From Marsupella aquatica (lineage: Eukaryota; Plantae; Marchantiophyta): DNA of 64,000 nt. Positions within the stretch are counted from its first letter, which is position 1. The number at the start of each line of letters is the position of its first letter. This document shows positions 1-12,705 of the stretch, piece after piece. A program made the translations under genes and the position numbers. The notes beneath the pieces were generated by a model. It searched no databases. It was not told the DNA's origin and saw only the letters and a list, made by a program, of their open reading frames with translations. The stretch covers positions 22,545,168-22,609,167 of the forward strand of contig OZ316892.1 in the NCBI GenBank assembly GCA_973895155.1, read 5' to 3'.

Positions 1-348
1 GTGCAGTAATAATTTTAGGAGGACGGCGTTCGAGAGTCCGAGTTCGAGTTCGAGTGTATTGTCTACGGGACCCATTGGCACACCCACCACATTGGCGACC
101 ACATCTCCGGAGGCAGGAAGGAAAGAATTCTGTTGGCCACGATGAGGTCAGTAGCACCCTCTTCATGTTCTAGAGTCCGAATTGCCTGTCGAGTGCTTCG
201 TTTTTGGAGAATAATTCATTGTGGGGACTTTTCGCTGTGGAGGTTTCTGTGCATTTCTTGCTTTCTTCTTCTTCGTCTTCTCGTTGCGGCTCTCTGACTT
301 TTTGGTGGGTTTTGCTGTTGTTGTCCTTCTTCTTGCAGCGCCAGACCT

Positions 349-1380
349 ATGGACGTCGAGGAGACAGTACGTGGTTCGGAACTTGCGCCTGCTCGTGCTG
401 TGTTTTGGGGTTTTGATGTTGGTTCCGTTCCGTTTAGGATTATGCGTCTTTTTAGGGTTGGAGGAGGTTGTGGCTTGTGTTTCGCCCGACTGGATAGCTG
501 CTTTTTGGCTTCACTTTGTTCGAATTGGAATGCTTTTATGAGGGTGCACGGATTGCTTTATCAGTGCCGAGATAGTGCAACGATAGCTGTAAAGTGAGAG
601 TTCCAACTCGAAGGAAGTGGAAGCCAAAAAGCAACTCTTCTCCTGTTGTGGTGGACTTGTCAAATGCTCTGCGGCCTTGTAACGAATGTTTCTGTACATG
701 AAACATGAAGGTTTTTGATGTAATGGTTTGACTGATCTCATCTTATGCGTGCATCAGGAGAAGACAGAGGAGGAGGAGTTCTCCACTGGACCCCTCTCGG
801 TATTGACGATGTCCGTCAAGAACAATACGCAGGTAACCCTTGCTTGTCTATCTTTGCAATGGATTATCTCTGCAATTAATGTGTTGAAAGCGGGAGAAAT
901 GATGCTTTTGCTAGATTGCGAACGTACATTGTTGGTTTATTTCTCTCTTTCGTGAAGTAGCTGCACACATTTGTGTACTATTCCTGATTCGCCACCGTTT
1001 GGACAGGTTCTCATTAATTGTAGGAACAACAAGAAACTGCTAGGCCGAGTAAAAGCTTTTGATCGGCATTGCAACATGGTCTTGGAGAACGTCAAAGAAA
1101 TGTGGACTGAGGTAAGTATTTGTCTCGTCTTCGTATCACATCTGAGTGGCAAATCCATCTCCATTTACTTTTGACTCAGCGATATGTTTGATTTGATTAA
1201 GTGTTTAAACTTCTTGAGCTGGGGTTGCATTATGTATCATTAAGCTTTTTTTCTTCTGTGCAGGTTCCTAAGACGGGGAAGGGGAAGAAGAAAGCCAAGC
1301 CTGTCAACAAAGATCGGTTTATCAGCAAGATGTTTCTCAGAGGCGATTCAGTCATCATTGTGCTCAGAAATCCTAAGTGA
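349..1380 (+). CDS. SmD2: Small nuclear ribonucleoprotein Sm D2 (4 exons, 104 aa)
   Basis: Exons 349-366, 758-832, 1007-1111 and 1264-1380, all with GT-AG introns in phase 0. They join to [104 protein letters not shown], the canonical SmD2 sequence. Confidence 0.96.
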
Positions 1381-2962
1381 TGGTTCCAAGTTGGTAGACG
1401 GTTTTGGGAGAGCAGTTCTCTACCTGGGAAAATTTGATCTAGAGAATACGAAGCTCAAAAGGAAGCTACATTGCAGAGCTGAGACACATCCCACATGGTT
1501 TGTTCTTGTCACGATTCTCCGAATCCTAATTTTGTAGGAAATGTACTTCGCTTACTATGTGCAAAGTCTTTACAATACGGTTGTTGTGCTCTACTTAGTG
1601 AGGTATCTGACCGCTTGTAGCGAAGAAGCTGGATGAGTGCGTGTCGACACCAAGTGTGAATTGGCTTTCTTACAATGTACAGATGCAACGGTAGGGAGAT
1701 GAATAGTTTTTTCCCATCCATCAAAGCATCCATGGTTCACCTCCGTTTTACGAAGGTATGGAAATCAATCTTGTATTTGTACTTGAATTTTGCGGGTACC
1801 ACAGTATTGATCAAATTGGATTTTGTGATGATATTCTAAAAACTCATTTGTACTAGCAGAGCCTTGAAATAAGTTTTTGGAAACTTCAGCCTGGTCTCAA
1901 CAATTGAGAAAGCATCTGCGTGAAGGTTCTCGAATACGCGTATATCATGTACACCTCTGCCTTGCTATGGAGCATGATCTCAGGGAATGGATCAACGTAG
2001 TTTAATGGAGAATAACCAGTGACAGACTTACGTACTGCCAAGCTTTGACTTTTTAGGGTATCAGGAGCATCTTCCTGGATTGCTCAACGTGGAAAGTGTT
2101 GATCATTCAGATTCTGGACTTCGGCAGGGGAGTTACTTCTGGCGCCTTCCCTGTCCGTAAAGTTGTGTAGGTTACAAGGAACTCCTCCATTAGGTCTGCC
2201 CTTGCAAACCGGTGGTCGGCTAAGTCTAACGACGTCTGGCTCACCAGTTTTCGAAAGGTAACTTACGGGAGAAGATTGTAACTGCTTCCAACTCCTGGTG
2301 AGGAGAAGCCATTTCACTTTGTTCAGCCAGTTATCTTTAGGACGAACTTCTAACTTGGACACAACAGGGGAGCTCCATCTAGACTTCAGCGGATGTCACC
2401 ACATTTAACACAAATACCATGAACTCCAGATTCCACCAGACTTTTATACAATCACAAATGCAATCAACTGGCTCAGTGAGGCAACTGGGTTGGAAAAACG
2501 GTTCGTATGTGACGAAGCAAGAGTTGTTACAACACTTCAGAAGATGATAATGATGATGATACTAATACAAGCGAAGCCAAGGATTTACTACGTTGTCGTT
2601 GTCCAGGTGCTTCATGACAGGCGAAATCTAATGTTACAGTCTTGCGGACCCTCCCAACTAGTCTTGTGGCATTCTCTGAATGAACCTGCACAACTAATAA
2701 CACAAATGGTAACATACATCTTGGGGAAAGCCAATAGCGCCCAATGGAGTAGTCATAGCTACTGCAGTTGTGTCAACAAATTTAAACATCTAGTCGTTGC
2801 CATCCCCCTTTTGGGACTTGAATGAAAACGCATCTAGGGAACAGTAGAACCACACTTGTAAATGATTGATCTTTGTCATGCGTTGCCCCCGTCCAGCACT
2901 AAGCATCCGAGTTGTGCAAGACCCTCGCACGAATCAACAAACAGAAGGATGGACTGTCCCTA

Positions 2963-4812
2963 TCATTCCCTTTCCTTGTTTTCCTTGCCAACCCCTTCCA
3001 AAGCCTGGGAAACAATTTGTGAATTAATGAAGACCACGATTAGCCAAACATAACGACGTGCAACCAAACGAGACCCCCTTGACAGCAAGAATGGAATAAT
3101 CTACACAAAACTCTCAATTGAGACGTGTTTCCACCGAACAATGGTTTTTAACGAGCTTGTGATATGACCAAGTTAACAAATAAAATTTCACTCATCCTAC
3201 CAATCCTGCTTTAACATCCACGGGACATTTGACTACATGGCAGTATAGGAGAACAAATACACCATTCTAGAAGCTGTAGCGGCTGTTCTGATTTGAGTAT
3301 CACAACAAGCATACAATTCGATCAAGGCAAACGCCCATTTCTGGAGTCCAACTTTAATAGTTACAAAGGTAGAGATAAACTTACAAGAATGAGTTTTTGT
3401 ACTCGGTTTGTCTGGGTTTTTCTGTGTGGGCGAACACTCTCATCTGACTGCTCAACATCAGTCGAAAGACATCAAAGTTTCGTCAGGATTTCCAAACCCC
3501 AGAGTTCTAAACTTACTCTAAGTGGCTCACACTACACCTCCAGGCCATCTCAATGCATAAAGGATGAAGGGCGTCTTCGAGGTGTACCTGAACGCCATCA
3601 ATTTCTAGTTGAACTTGGGTCAGGAGCTCCAGCAACCTTAAATGCTCCTGGAAGGCGATTAAGGAGATTATATTATTGTCTATTATTGTCGACACGAAAC
3701 ATAACTATTCAAATAGATAAATCTTCAGATCAACTGCTGAAGGCAATCAACTCTGAATGAAGCACATACAATATGTGTAGGATAACTAGCTTCTGAACAG
3801 CTTAACGTAGTCCGGTGATATTCTCATTCATTAGATGCTTCAAATTGAAGTCCACCTTATCAACTTCACTAATATGAATTAAGTGAGCAAACTTTGTGTC
3901 AGCCACTAAATCGTAAGCAGACATTCTGAAATGAAGATTCAAATGAGGCCAACATTGGGCGTCAGGCGGGTTTGACAGACCTTCTCCTCTGTCGAATTCC
4001 AAGTCTCGAGGTCTTTCACTTGAGCAAAAAACTGGGATGCCTCCTCTTCTAGCTTGTCGACCTGAAGCCCATACATACCCAAAAAAACCCACCAAGATCA
4101 TTGGCTTGCAAAGTTGGCATCAATTCTTCGCCGCTAGACCATTCTAGCGTTAGTTCCCAGCATTGAAGTGCTCAACGCTTTCCCTCATGCCTCACTGCAT
4201 AAGCAACCACGCAAACTGCCGACCAATTGAAGACTTTTGGAAGCTTGTGTAATTTAAAGAAGCAGGTTCAAATTTTGTTCTTCTCCAGCAATGGATTAAT
4301 TTTAATTTGAACAGCAAAGGCTCAACTATAAATGTGAATTTTGGGTGTCAAACTCAACTCAACTGTAGGAGATACCACCCTAGTTACATGACATAAGGAA
4401 CAAACTAATCATTAATAATATAATATAATCTGGCACGACTAGATCATCAAAGGACAGGTGCATGAATGGACGCACGAGGAAAACTCCCTCAGTACAAGAC
4501 TAGCTAAATTCAGAGGTTATCATGGTGCCACACCTTTCTGGCAAGAAGGAGGATTGAACCCAATGGCGTGGGTTTGGCACTCGCAGGACTGCTAGAAGCC
4601 CCATTCTTCAGCCTTGCTTCTGCAGCCTCTGCTCTCAGCATTCGAAGTTCTGCCAAGCTCATGGGTTGATTCCCCTGCCGGCCCACAATGTCGTCCCCTT
4701 TGCCATTGCTGTTGTCGGAACCGCTGCCTGGATCCTCAGACGAGGGGGCCCTTTTCTTATAGTTTCCGCCAAGACGCCTGTCTATATCATACAATCTTGC
4801 TTCAGTCGTCAT
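2963..4812 (-). CDS. BAG-domain (Hsp70 co-chaperone-like) protein, about 174 aa, 5 exons
   Basis: Minus-strand exons 4812-4534, 4061-3981, 3647-3588, 3447-3385 and 3004-2963, all GT-AG in phase 0. The C-terminus VDKLEEEASQFFAQVKDLETWNSTEEK-EHLRLLELLTQVQLEIDGVQ-SDESVRPHRKTQTNRVQKLIL-ALEGVGKENKERE* fits the three-helix BAG pattern (ELLTxxxLxxDGV...RxxRK...VQ). Confidence 0.8.
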
Positions 4813-5513
4813 GATCTCTCATTTTCTGCAGTCAGCACCTGAATAGCTTTATCTGGCACTTTGCCCGTTCAGACATGCATTTAATATTGGCAAGGAATCG
4901 ACGGAGAGGTTGACCCCAAAACCTTGGCTGGTAGCAGCAAATGCTTTGTTCGGTCCAATCTTAGCCTCCGTTCAATTGCTGGTTTCGTTACTAACGGTGG
5001 GAAACCTGAAAAACAAAAGAAGTCCCGGCTAGCCATCTGCCGAGTGTCACCTTTCATATTCGCTCCTAGTTATTTCCTTTCTTTACGTTTGGAATCTGAA
5101 TTCATTTCCTTCATACATCGTCTATTTTCTTACTTTTGGAGCTATGGCTATCTTATATTTTATGACCCCTTGATGAATTTGTCGACTGCAAGAACCAATT
5201 CGTCCATTCTCACATTCCCTTCAATGCTTTCGTGCATTGCTGTTCCAACAGAGCGAACATCAAAATACCTTAGTGGGCTCGATAAGAATCGCATGAAAGA
5301 GAACTGCAACCACTCAACCAACTAGGAACCAAAGATTCGTGACACACCTGCGCCCCGATTGGCAAAATGCCCCACAACAAATAGAGCTGCAGCAGCCACG
5401 AGCATGAATGGCCAATTCACAATCACCGGTTTCGCATAATCTTCGTAATACGCTGCCCTTTGCTTTGGGCCACCACCACCCACCTTCAACTCACCGTTCC
5501 TTCCCTTCGCCAT
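4809..5513 (-). CDS. Putative small single-TM protein (about 92 aa), upstream ORF of the BAG locus
   Basis: Predicted exons 5513-5348, 5005-4923 and 4838-4809 (GT-AG, phases consistent). They give MAKGRNGELKVGGGGPKQRAAYYEDYAKPVIVNWPFMLVAAAALFVVGHFANRGA-GFPPLVTKPAIERRLRLDRTKHLLLPAK-VLTAENERS*, with one hydrophobic stretch. The second donor (AG/GTTTTT) is weak. Confidence 0.5.
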
Positions 5514-6504
5514 CCTTCCCTTGCCCTCCCTCCCCTTCCCTACTCTTCAGGGATTCAAAATCCCGCTGTGCAACACAAAGCTTATTAGTATCCCTAGGGG
5601 ATGGTCGCTTTTTGCCTCCCGTCGTTTCCGATCCTCTGTTGAAGGGTTAAGAGAGGGACAAACCTTAAGTGCCTACCCCTTGCAGAAATAAGAATCTGCT
5701 GCCCAAAGAATTGAATTGCTCATATTTCAGCAAGGGAATGATGCAGTTCAGAAGCCCCAAGGGCGGGAGGCTTGCCCTTGACAACATTCACCCATCCATT
5801 CCCTTCCCTTCCCTCAGGTTTTCCACTCCTTCCTTGCCTCTGATTCTGATTCATCAAATTTCAAATGCTACTAGACATAACAAGCTTCTCCCAAATTCTA
5901 CAGATATCGGTGCTGCTCCAACGAACTCAGGGTAAAGCACAATGACGTAATTAGAGCTCGCAGGATACCCAATCGAGCTCAGCTCAGCTCTGCTCAGAGT
6001 TTTGAAAGGGGAAACGGTTCACAGTAGAATCTCCAAATCTAGACAGATTGGGAACAATTCATTCTCCGAAAAGTGAAAAGCAGTAGAAAACCACGTCAGA
6101 CAGCCAACCAACGTCCTGTTCTGTCCTAGCAACACGAAGGCACTCTAATTTTCATCACCATAACTGACATCAGATCTCAACCATCCGCAGGTACGACATC
6201 ACCATAAACCCAATCAAACTTCAAAACTACAGCTCATCTCGGATTGGATGCATTCCACAGTAGGGTAGAAGGATGCTGCTCGGGGTTGAAGCACTCACGC
6301 TACAGGGTTGTCCGTCTTTCTCTCCATTGATTGCCTGCCATGGAGTGAGTCCTTCGATCAATCTGCTCTCTTCTCTAGGCTGACTGCTGCCGCGCTTTCG
6401 ACCGACAATTGTTACACGCACAAGCTCCAGTGCCGTCAAAGGGAGAGGGAATCGTTGGGCTACAAAGCAGATGTGGTGCACGAGATGGTGGACGAGCACC
6501 TGCA

Positions 6505-7800
6505 GCGATGGAGGCAGAAGACCAACATTTTCCTCTCGTCCTCAAACGTGCGCTCCGTCGACATTGATGGATTTTGTAGAGTCACCCATGGGTTAGACGG
6601 GGTTTGTTATCTAACTACGGGTACTGTTCAGTCTAACCATAAGTGCGTGGGTAACTCCAGGCTAGTAGCGTAGGCCCCTAATACTAGAGCACTTCCTTTT
6701 GTAAATGCATCCAAAAATGTAAGTGCAAGTTGACTATGAGAGTGATGGATGTTGAACAAAGATGACATTTACAATGGCAAGCTTTTGATCATCCAACAAA
6801 CAAATAATTAACCCTGAGATATGTGTTTCACATCAACTGAGGTTATGCCACGTCAACTGAGGTAATGTCCATGGGATCACACAAGATCTTTATCATATTA
6901 GGCCCGTTGGTCATATCGAGCCTCCGTAATACAAATTCTCTTTATCTCACAACTGGTTTTATAACAATGAGCCTCAGTTTCTATTATCCACACATACATT
7001 GTTTGGAGAGATATTAGTAGTAGTATGGCTAACCTAACCAAGTCCGTGACTAAATTTAGCCCCAACTATGATTGCAATCCTAAGTTTAGACCTAAGAGTA
7101 ATTGCCTAACAATGGAGGCAGGAGACCGACATTTGACTCCCGTCGCCAAAGGTGTGCTCCGTATTGATGGATTGTGTAGGGTAACCCATGGGCTAGACAG
7201 GGTTATCTAACTACTATACAGATTGCCATGCAAAAGTGCATCATGTATATAACAACATTATGTGGGTAACTGGAGGCTACTTCTATAGTCCCCTAATATT
7301 ACAACACTTTCCTTTGTAAATGCACAAAAAAATGCACTTCTGTAAGTGCAAGTCAGTAGCCAGCTATGGAGGCAGGAAACCAACATTTTCCTCCCATCCC
7401 CAAAAGTGTGCTCCACACCATTGCCGGGTACATCGTAGCACCTTTGGAGTGTCACCGCACTTGACTAGACTGTACTTTTCATTGCTCACTACCATTGTGT
7501 CATAGAACTTAACTGAACTTTTCATTGATCACTTACTGTTTTTTTTCCATATGCTCTATTTATGTTATTTTATTCACTTACACATCACTACAAGATACAC
7601 ATCCCTACAAGACAAAATATCAAGCATGTGCTTGACAAAATATGAATTTCGAGGATGAACAAATGAATAACAAATAGTGAATACTCAAAGTACATTTTTG
7701 TCGATAAGAGTGCACATGCATTCATGAGATTGTGCAGGGTAATCCATGGGCTATAGAATCACGCAACACGAGATGGAAGCGGGCAGAGACCGACTGCTTC
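6505..7800. repeat. Diverged dispersed repeat module (2 long copies plus partial copies) in the divergent intergenic region
   Basis: An ATGGAGGCAG(A/G)A(G/A)ACC(A/G)ACATTT motif occurs at ~6508, ~7112 and ~7366. A downstream GCTCCGT..ATTGATGGATT.TGTAG.GT.ACCCATGGG.TAGAC..TTATCTAACTAC block occurs at ~6550 and ~7155, with a partial copy at ~7728. Confidence 0.7.
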
Positions 7801-8508
7801 GGCGATTCACAACCACATCCATCACGGCAGTGGTGCTGCTTACAGCTGACTGCGGCCCTCAGCCTCACGCGCTCTCCTCTGTAAGAAAAACTCTTGGTGC
7901 TCATTCCTGTCCATGCTTGATTCCTGCGTTCCTGTTTGTTTGCCGTCTTCCACGCTCTGCAGCCACTTGTTAAAATTGTTCGATTCTGTTCTCCGTCGTC
8001 GTTTTGATTACTTCAAATCATCTGGCGATCGGCTCATTCTAGCTCAGAAAAATGAAATCGTCTCCTGTGCATTTCGTCGGCTTGGGATTGTTTTGTGGAA
8101 GACAGAGATTGCAATCGTGTGCATTAATGCTGTCTGTCGAGTCTCTGGCATTTTGAGGAGTCATCAGAGAAATGTTTTAAGGCCCTTGTTTTGTCATTCT
8201 GGCGCAGCTCCTTTTTGGGGGTTATACGTGATTTACACCCCTAATTTTTATCTTGTAGGAGTAGTGTTTCTGGAACTTGTGCTCTCAGCTTTGTGTGACT
8301 GAAATCGAAGTCCGTGCTTCATCAGTTCACCTCCATTGTTGAGCTACGTGGAGTCCATCATAACATAGTGGAATTGCAGGTGTCGAGATGGTTGGATGCA
8401 GGCAAGGATTGGGTGCTGAGCCCCACTGAGAAAGAGCTGGCAGAGCTAGAGAAGAAGCGGAAGGTTTACTTGGGTCGGGACGAGAAGGAGGACAAAGGTG
8501 GAGACTAA
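7773..8508 (+). CDS. Small spliced protein (about 78 aa; in-frame alternative ATG at 7746), uncharacterised
   Basis: Exon 7773-7880 ends at a GTAAGA donor and exon 8380-8508 follows a TTGCAG acceptor, in phase 0. Product: MEAGRDRLLRRFTTTSITAVVLLTADCGPQPHALSS-VSRWLDAGKDWVLSPTEKELAELEKKRKVYLGRDEKEDKGGD*. The LLTADxGPxP motif resembles my recollection of a small conserved plant protein family (not verified). Confidence 0.6.
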
Positions 8509-9102
8509 ATTTGAGTGTTGGATACAAGCTTGGATGATCATCCAGACGATCGGCCAAATCGCCACCTGGGATCTTTTGCCCTGACTGCGCGTCTCAAGCC
8601 CGGTTGTTATGCCTAGCGGGTGTTACATGCTCATGAGCGCCTTCATACGTGATCAATTCATCTCTGGAGAGCAGGCTTCATTCTGGTTTCAGTTTAGTTC
8701 AGAATTCACACAGCTTGAGAGTGTCAGTTTGACACCGTTTGTTCCTTTCTGTAAACAATGCTACCCAATGATCGTCTGTACAGCTGTGGACTAACCTGTA
8801 GAGGTGGGAGTGCAAACTCATTGTACAATTTGGGAGGCGAGCTTGAACCCTTCGTAAAAACTTAACTAAGGCAGAAACAGTCGAACGTAAGATCTGGTAT
8901 GTCAACAATGGAGACAAAGGCATAATATCTCTGTATCTTAAATGCACTAATCTTGAAGCAAGGACAACTACATTCTTTAGCATATTTCCACGTCGAGCTG
9001 TTGCTCAAAGCAACGCCCAACGGGACCTCGTCCAGGTTTCCGAGCTGTGGAAAAAGTTTCCAACTTTACAAAGTTGCAGATCTTGCCTTCTTTTGGGCAA
9101 AT

Positions 9103-12100
9103 ATGGGAAGAAACGACGCGCGAACTTTACGGATTTGTTATCATGTACTGAAATTGAGGGCTTCTGGGCAACAAGGGGTGCGTACTCTTGCCCCTGGCAT
9201 TGGACATAGTTCAGCGTACTCGGATGGGACAGGAAAAGGTGATTGTAGACCTGGTCATCTTGGGTTTAAGCAGTTAAAGCCATCATGTGCAGATGTGCTT
9301 GGCATTCATCGTAGCATTGGACATAGGAACTTTGGGGTGGAGGGAGCAGACATGTATGAGCGGGTTCCAAAACCAGAAGCAGTGGGCAGGGAGCCGGAGG
9401 CAACATCGAAGGTGGTAGAATACCTGAACTCCTTGAGAAATTTTGAGAAAGAAGGAGTGCCGAAAGGGGCAGGTACTGAGTCTGATGAGGGCTTTGATCT
9501 TCGGCGCATGTCCCGTCTGCTCCTTCGCCTAGGAGATCCTCTTTCCAAGTATCTGGTATTGCAATATCGGCTTCAAGCATCTCCCCTAATGATGTTTGTG
9601 TCTTCCTGAGGGCAAAGTTTCGAACATCCTTCCTTTCAATGTACGTTCAGGTTAATTTTGCAGCTGGAACATTTGTCACTAACCTTATCAACGCTCGGAG
9701 TGCATTGTTGTCAATGTGGGGAGGTTTTGAGCATACCGTCCTAAATTGCAGAAATTATGGACTTTTGGCTTATTCACAAGACTATGACAACGTCTGCACT
9801 CTGTCATTGTACTCGAAGTTCGAAACCCTCAACCTCCATTTCTGGCGTTTCTCCAATCTCACAGGTTGTGCACGTTGCTGGAACAAAAGGCAAGGGCTCC
9901 ACAGTCAGCTTTTTAAGCCAAATTCTCCGAGCAGCTGGCTTCCGTGTTGGGTCATACACAAGGTAAGCAGATCCCAGGAGGCATGATTTCTTACATGCAA
10001 AATCGTAGACACCAGCGGGGTCATGTAATGCTCCAGTAAGCCTCAATTGTCCTTCGTCCTCCCCGATGGTCAATTCTTTTGGGTTTTCGTGTGCTCTGCT
10101 TTCTCCACGCTATATCTCTATTTGATTCGGCGTCGTCTCCTTTGAATTCTTTTATGAAGCACGAATGCATTGCAACGTCAGCTAGGCCTGGCATTGATGT
10201 GACTTATCCTCAAATTTTAGGGCTTTGTCGTGGCAGCCCACATATTCACAGCTTACGGGAGCGGATCACTTCTGGGACAACGGGTCAACCCATCTCTATA
10301 AAAGCCATCAATCAACTTTTTGATGATGTGCAAGAGAACGTTCATGAAGCTGTGATTGCTGAGGCTGGTGCACTAACTCACTTTGAGGTGACAACAAGTT
10401 CCTACATAGCCAGCTCACATGGTTCGGGCTCCTCAGAAGGACAGGGAGGATGTATTGAGTGGTAAACGTTGTCTTGCTCTAGGTGATGACATAGTTGTAG
10501 GCCCGAAGTCAAATTCAGTTTGGATACTAGCTTCAACTGTTTGAGCACACTTTACAAGTTGCAATATTCTCATTCTTTTTCGATGGAAATACAGGTGTTG
10601 ACGGCATTGGCATTTGTGCATTTTGCTCGTGAGAGAGTTGACGTTGCTGTCATTGAGGTACGTAATCATATAAATTCTGTGGACCTCCCCATCTATCTGT
10701 GTTACCAGTCTGCAAAAACCATTTCCTTGTGACACATGGAGGTGGGATACACTACAGGCCGGACTTGGAGGAGCTCGAGATGCAACCAATGTGATTCAAT
10801 CATCAGGTCTTCTGGCAGCTGTTATTGTGGGCATTGGAGAGGAGCATTTGGAGGCCCTCGGTGGCTCCTTAGAAAGTATAGCACTTGCCAAGGCGGGGAT
10901 AATCAAACACGGGCGTCCGGTATGACCTACTTAGATTCATGCTTATCTAGAACGTGTCTTATTTAAGACCTGGGTTTCATTTGCAAACATTGTTGAGGGA
11001 GCTGATTCATCATGTATTGGGGTTGTCTCGCCTATTTAGAAGAAAAATATCAGCTGAGAGTCTCTCTGCTTGCAACAGGTCATATTGGGCAGACAAACAG
11101 AGTCCGTTGCAGAAAATCTGGTACGACAGGTAGCAGCGTCAAAGAATTCTGCTGTGCTACCTCGACCTGGCCAGAGTGTTGTATTTAACACGAAGGGCAT
11201 CTGTTTAGACAGTTTCAACTCACATCAGATTTGTGATATCTCAATACCTGAAACAGCTTTAGGTGACAGTGCGGGTGACAGTGATGAGGTACCACATCTT
11301 GAAGTATTTCTGGCTCTGCAGATGAGTCAATTTGGTATTGTGAGAAATGGAGAGTTCTGCAGGTGCAGTGAGTTTTGAAAGTGAGACGATCAGCAGGAAG
11401 CTAACGAAAGATTTTCGCGTGGCTAGGCGTGGATGATTCAAGACTTGAAGGTCCCAGCGTTGGGGGCTCATCAGCTGGACAACGTCGCTGCTGCCATCCA
11501 AACTGCTCTGTGCCTCCGGAGGGAAGGTAAGCTCTGAGTAGTTCTGATTACCGATCACACAGACCCAACGTGTTTGGCGGACACGCACCTGTCCATGAAA
11601 TGCATACTTGTCCAGAAGTGAACGTATCCGATGTATTGCTCATTCGATGGTTTTGCGTGTGTTCAGGTTGGAAAATATCAGATTCAGCTATCAGACTCGG
11701 TGTGGAAAGTACCACTGTCCCTGGAAGATTTCAAGTTGTCAATCCACGTGAAGCCTTGAAGTTGGGCTCTCATGGCTCGACTATCATCTTGGACGGAGGT
11801 AGGCTCAAACTTTATGAAGAGTCTGACCTGGTTCGATCAAAGTCTCAAAATTTGGAGCATTGTAATTTGGCATTGTGTGTCGTTGTTACTGGTTGAATCC
11901 TTTGCCAATGACTACGAATGTTTTTCGTTATGCATACAATCTCTCAGCGCACACATTGGGCTCTGGAGCAGCACTAGCTCGCACTTTAAGAGAAGTATTT
12001 CCGAAGGAGTGTGTAGCCATGGTAATCGCAATGGCTTCAGACAAAGATCATGAGGGTTTTGCGAGGGCAATACTTAAAGGTAACGAAGAAGGCCAGCATA

Positions 12101-12705
12101 ACAGTAAAGGCTGAGCATGATCTTTTCGTGTGTAAACTCTGGACCAAGGAGTGCAGAATGTACATAATAGCAAGGAGTTTCATTTACTAGACTTGTCAGT
12201 GAACTTTGTCATGCCTGGTGTGGATCTTGGATAGACATTGGATCTAGATCGGGCAAGGCTTTTAGTTCAGTTAATTATCTGTGGCCTCTAACTTTGGGAT
12301 TGGGTTCCTGGATGTATTGCAGGGACACAGCCTAAGGTCATTGTGACAACAAGTGTTGATATTGCAGGGAGCTTGAAGCGCTCTACATCGTCAAGGTCGC
12401 TTATGGGTAGTTTTATGCTAGCTGGTAAAGACTTGAACATGACAGTCCTCAATGAACTTGACAGTTACCCTCACAGCAGATCTCCGATCCAAGTATTATC
12501 AAGTAGTACAGATTCCGTAGAGGTTAGATCACGAAGAAGAGAGCAAATGGTTTTACTGGAAGAAGCCGACTCTATCCAGCTTGCAGTAGCAAAAGCTGCC
12601 CAATTGATTCTGGACGTGAATAGGAAGAGACCAGGAGTGATATGTATCACTGGATCTCTTCATGCTGTTGCAACAACCATGTCTCATCTATCAACTATAA
12701 AGTGA
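9103..12705 (+). CDS. DFA: Dihydrofolate synthetase (FolC/FPGS family, DHFS type), probably organelle-targeted; 10 coding exons
   Basis: Exons approx. 9103-9555, 9865-9962, 10237-10387, 10595-10657, 10758-10919, 11079-11288, 11437-11526, 11667-11798, 11948-12079 and 12323-12705. Motifs: [21 protein letters not shown] (plant DHFS-like), P-loop [57 protein letters not shown]. Confidence 0.92.

Noticed and set aside
2084-2362. 92-aa minus-strand ORF between SmD2 and the BAG gene
   Set aside because: No domain similarity; it lies between convergent 3' ends and is probably UTR or intergenic.
4095-4195. Extra minus-strand exon in the BAG gene (possible recoded TGA)
   Set aside because: All three frames have stops after the candidate acceptor, and the flanking exons join cleanly without it.
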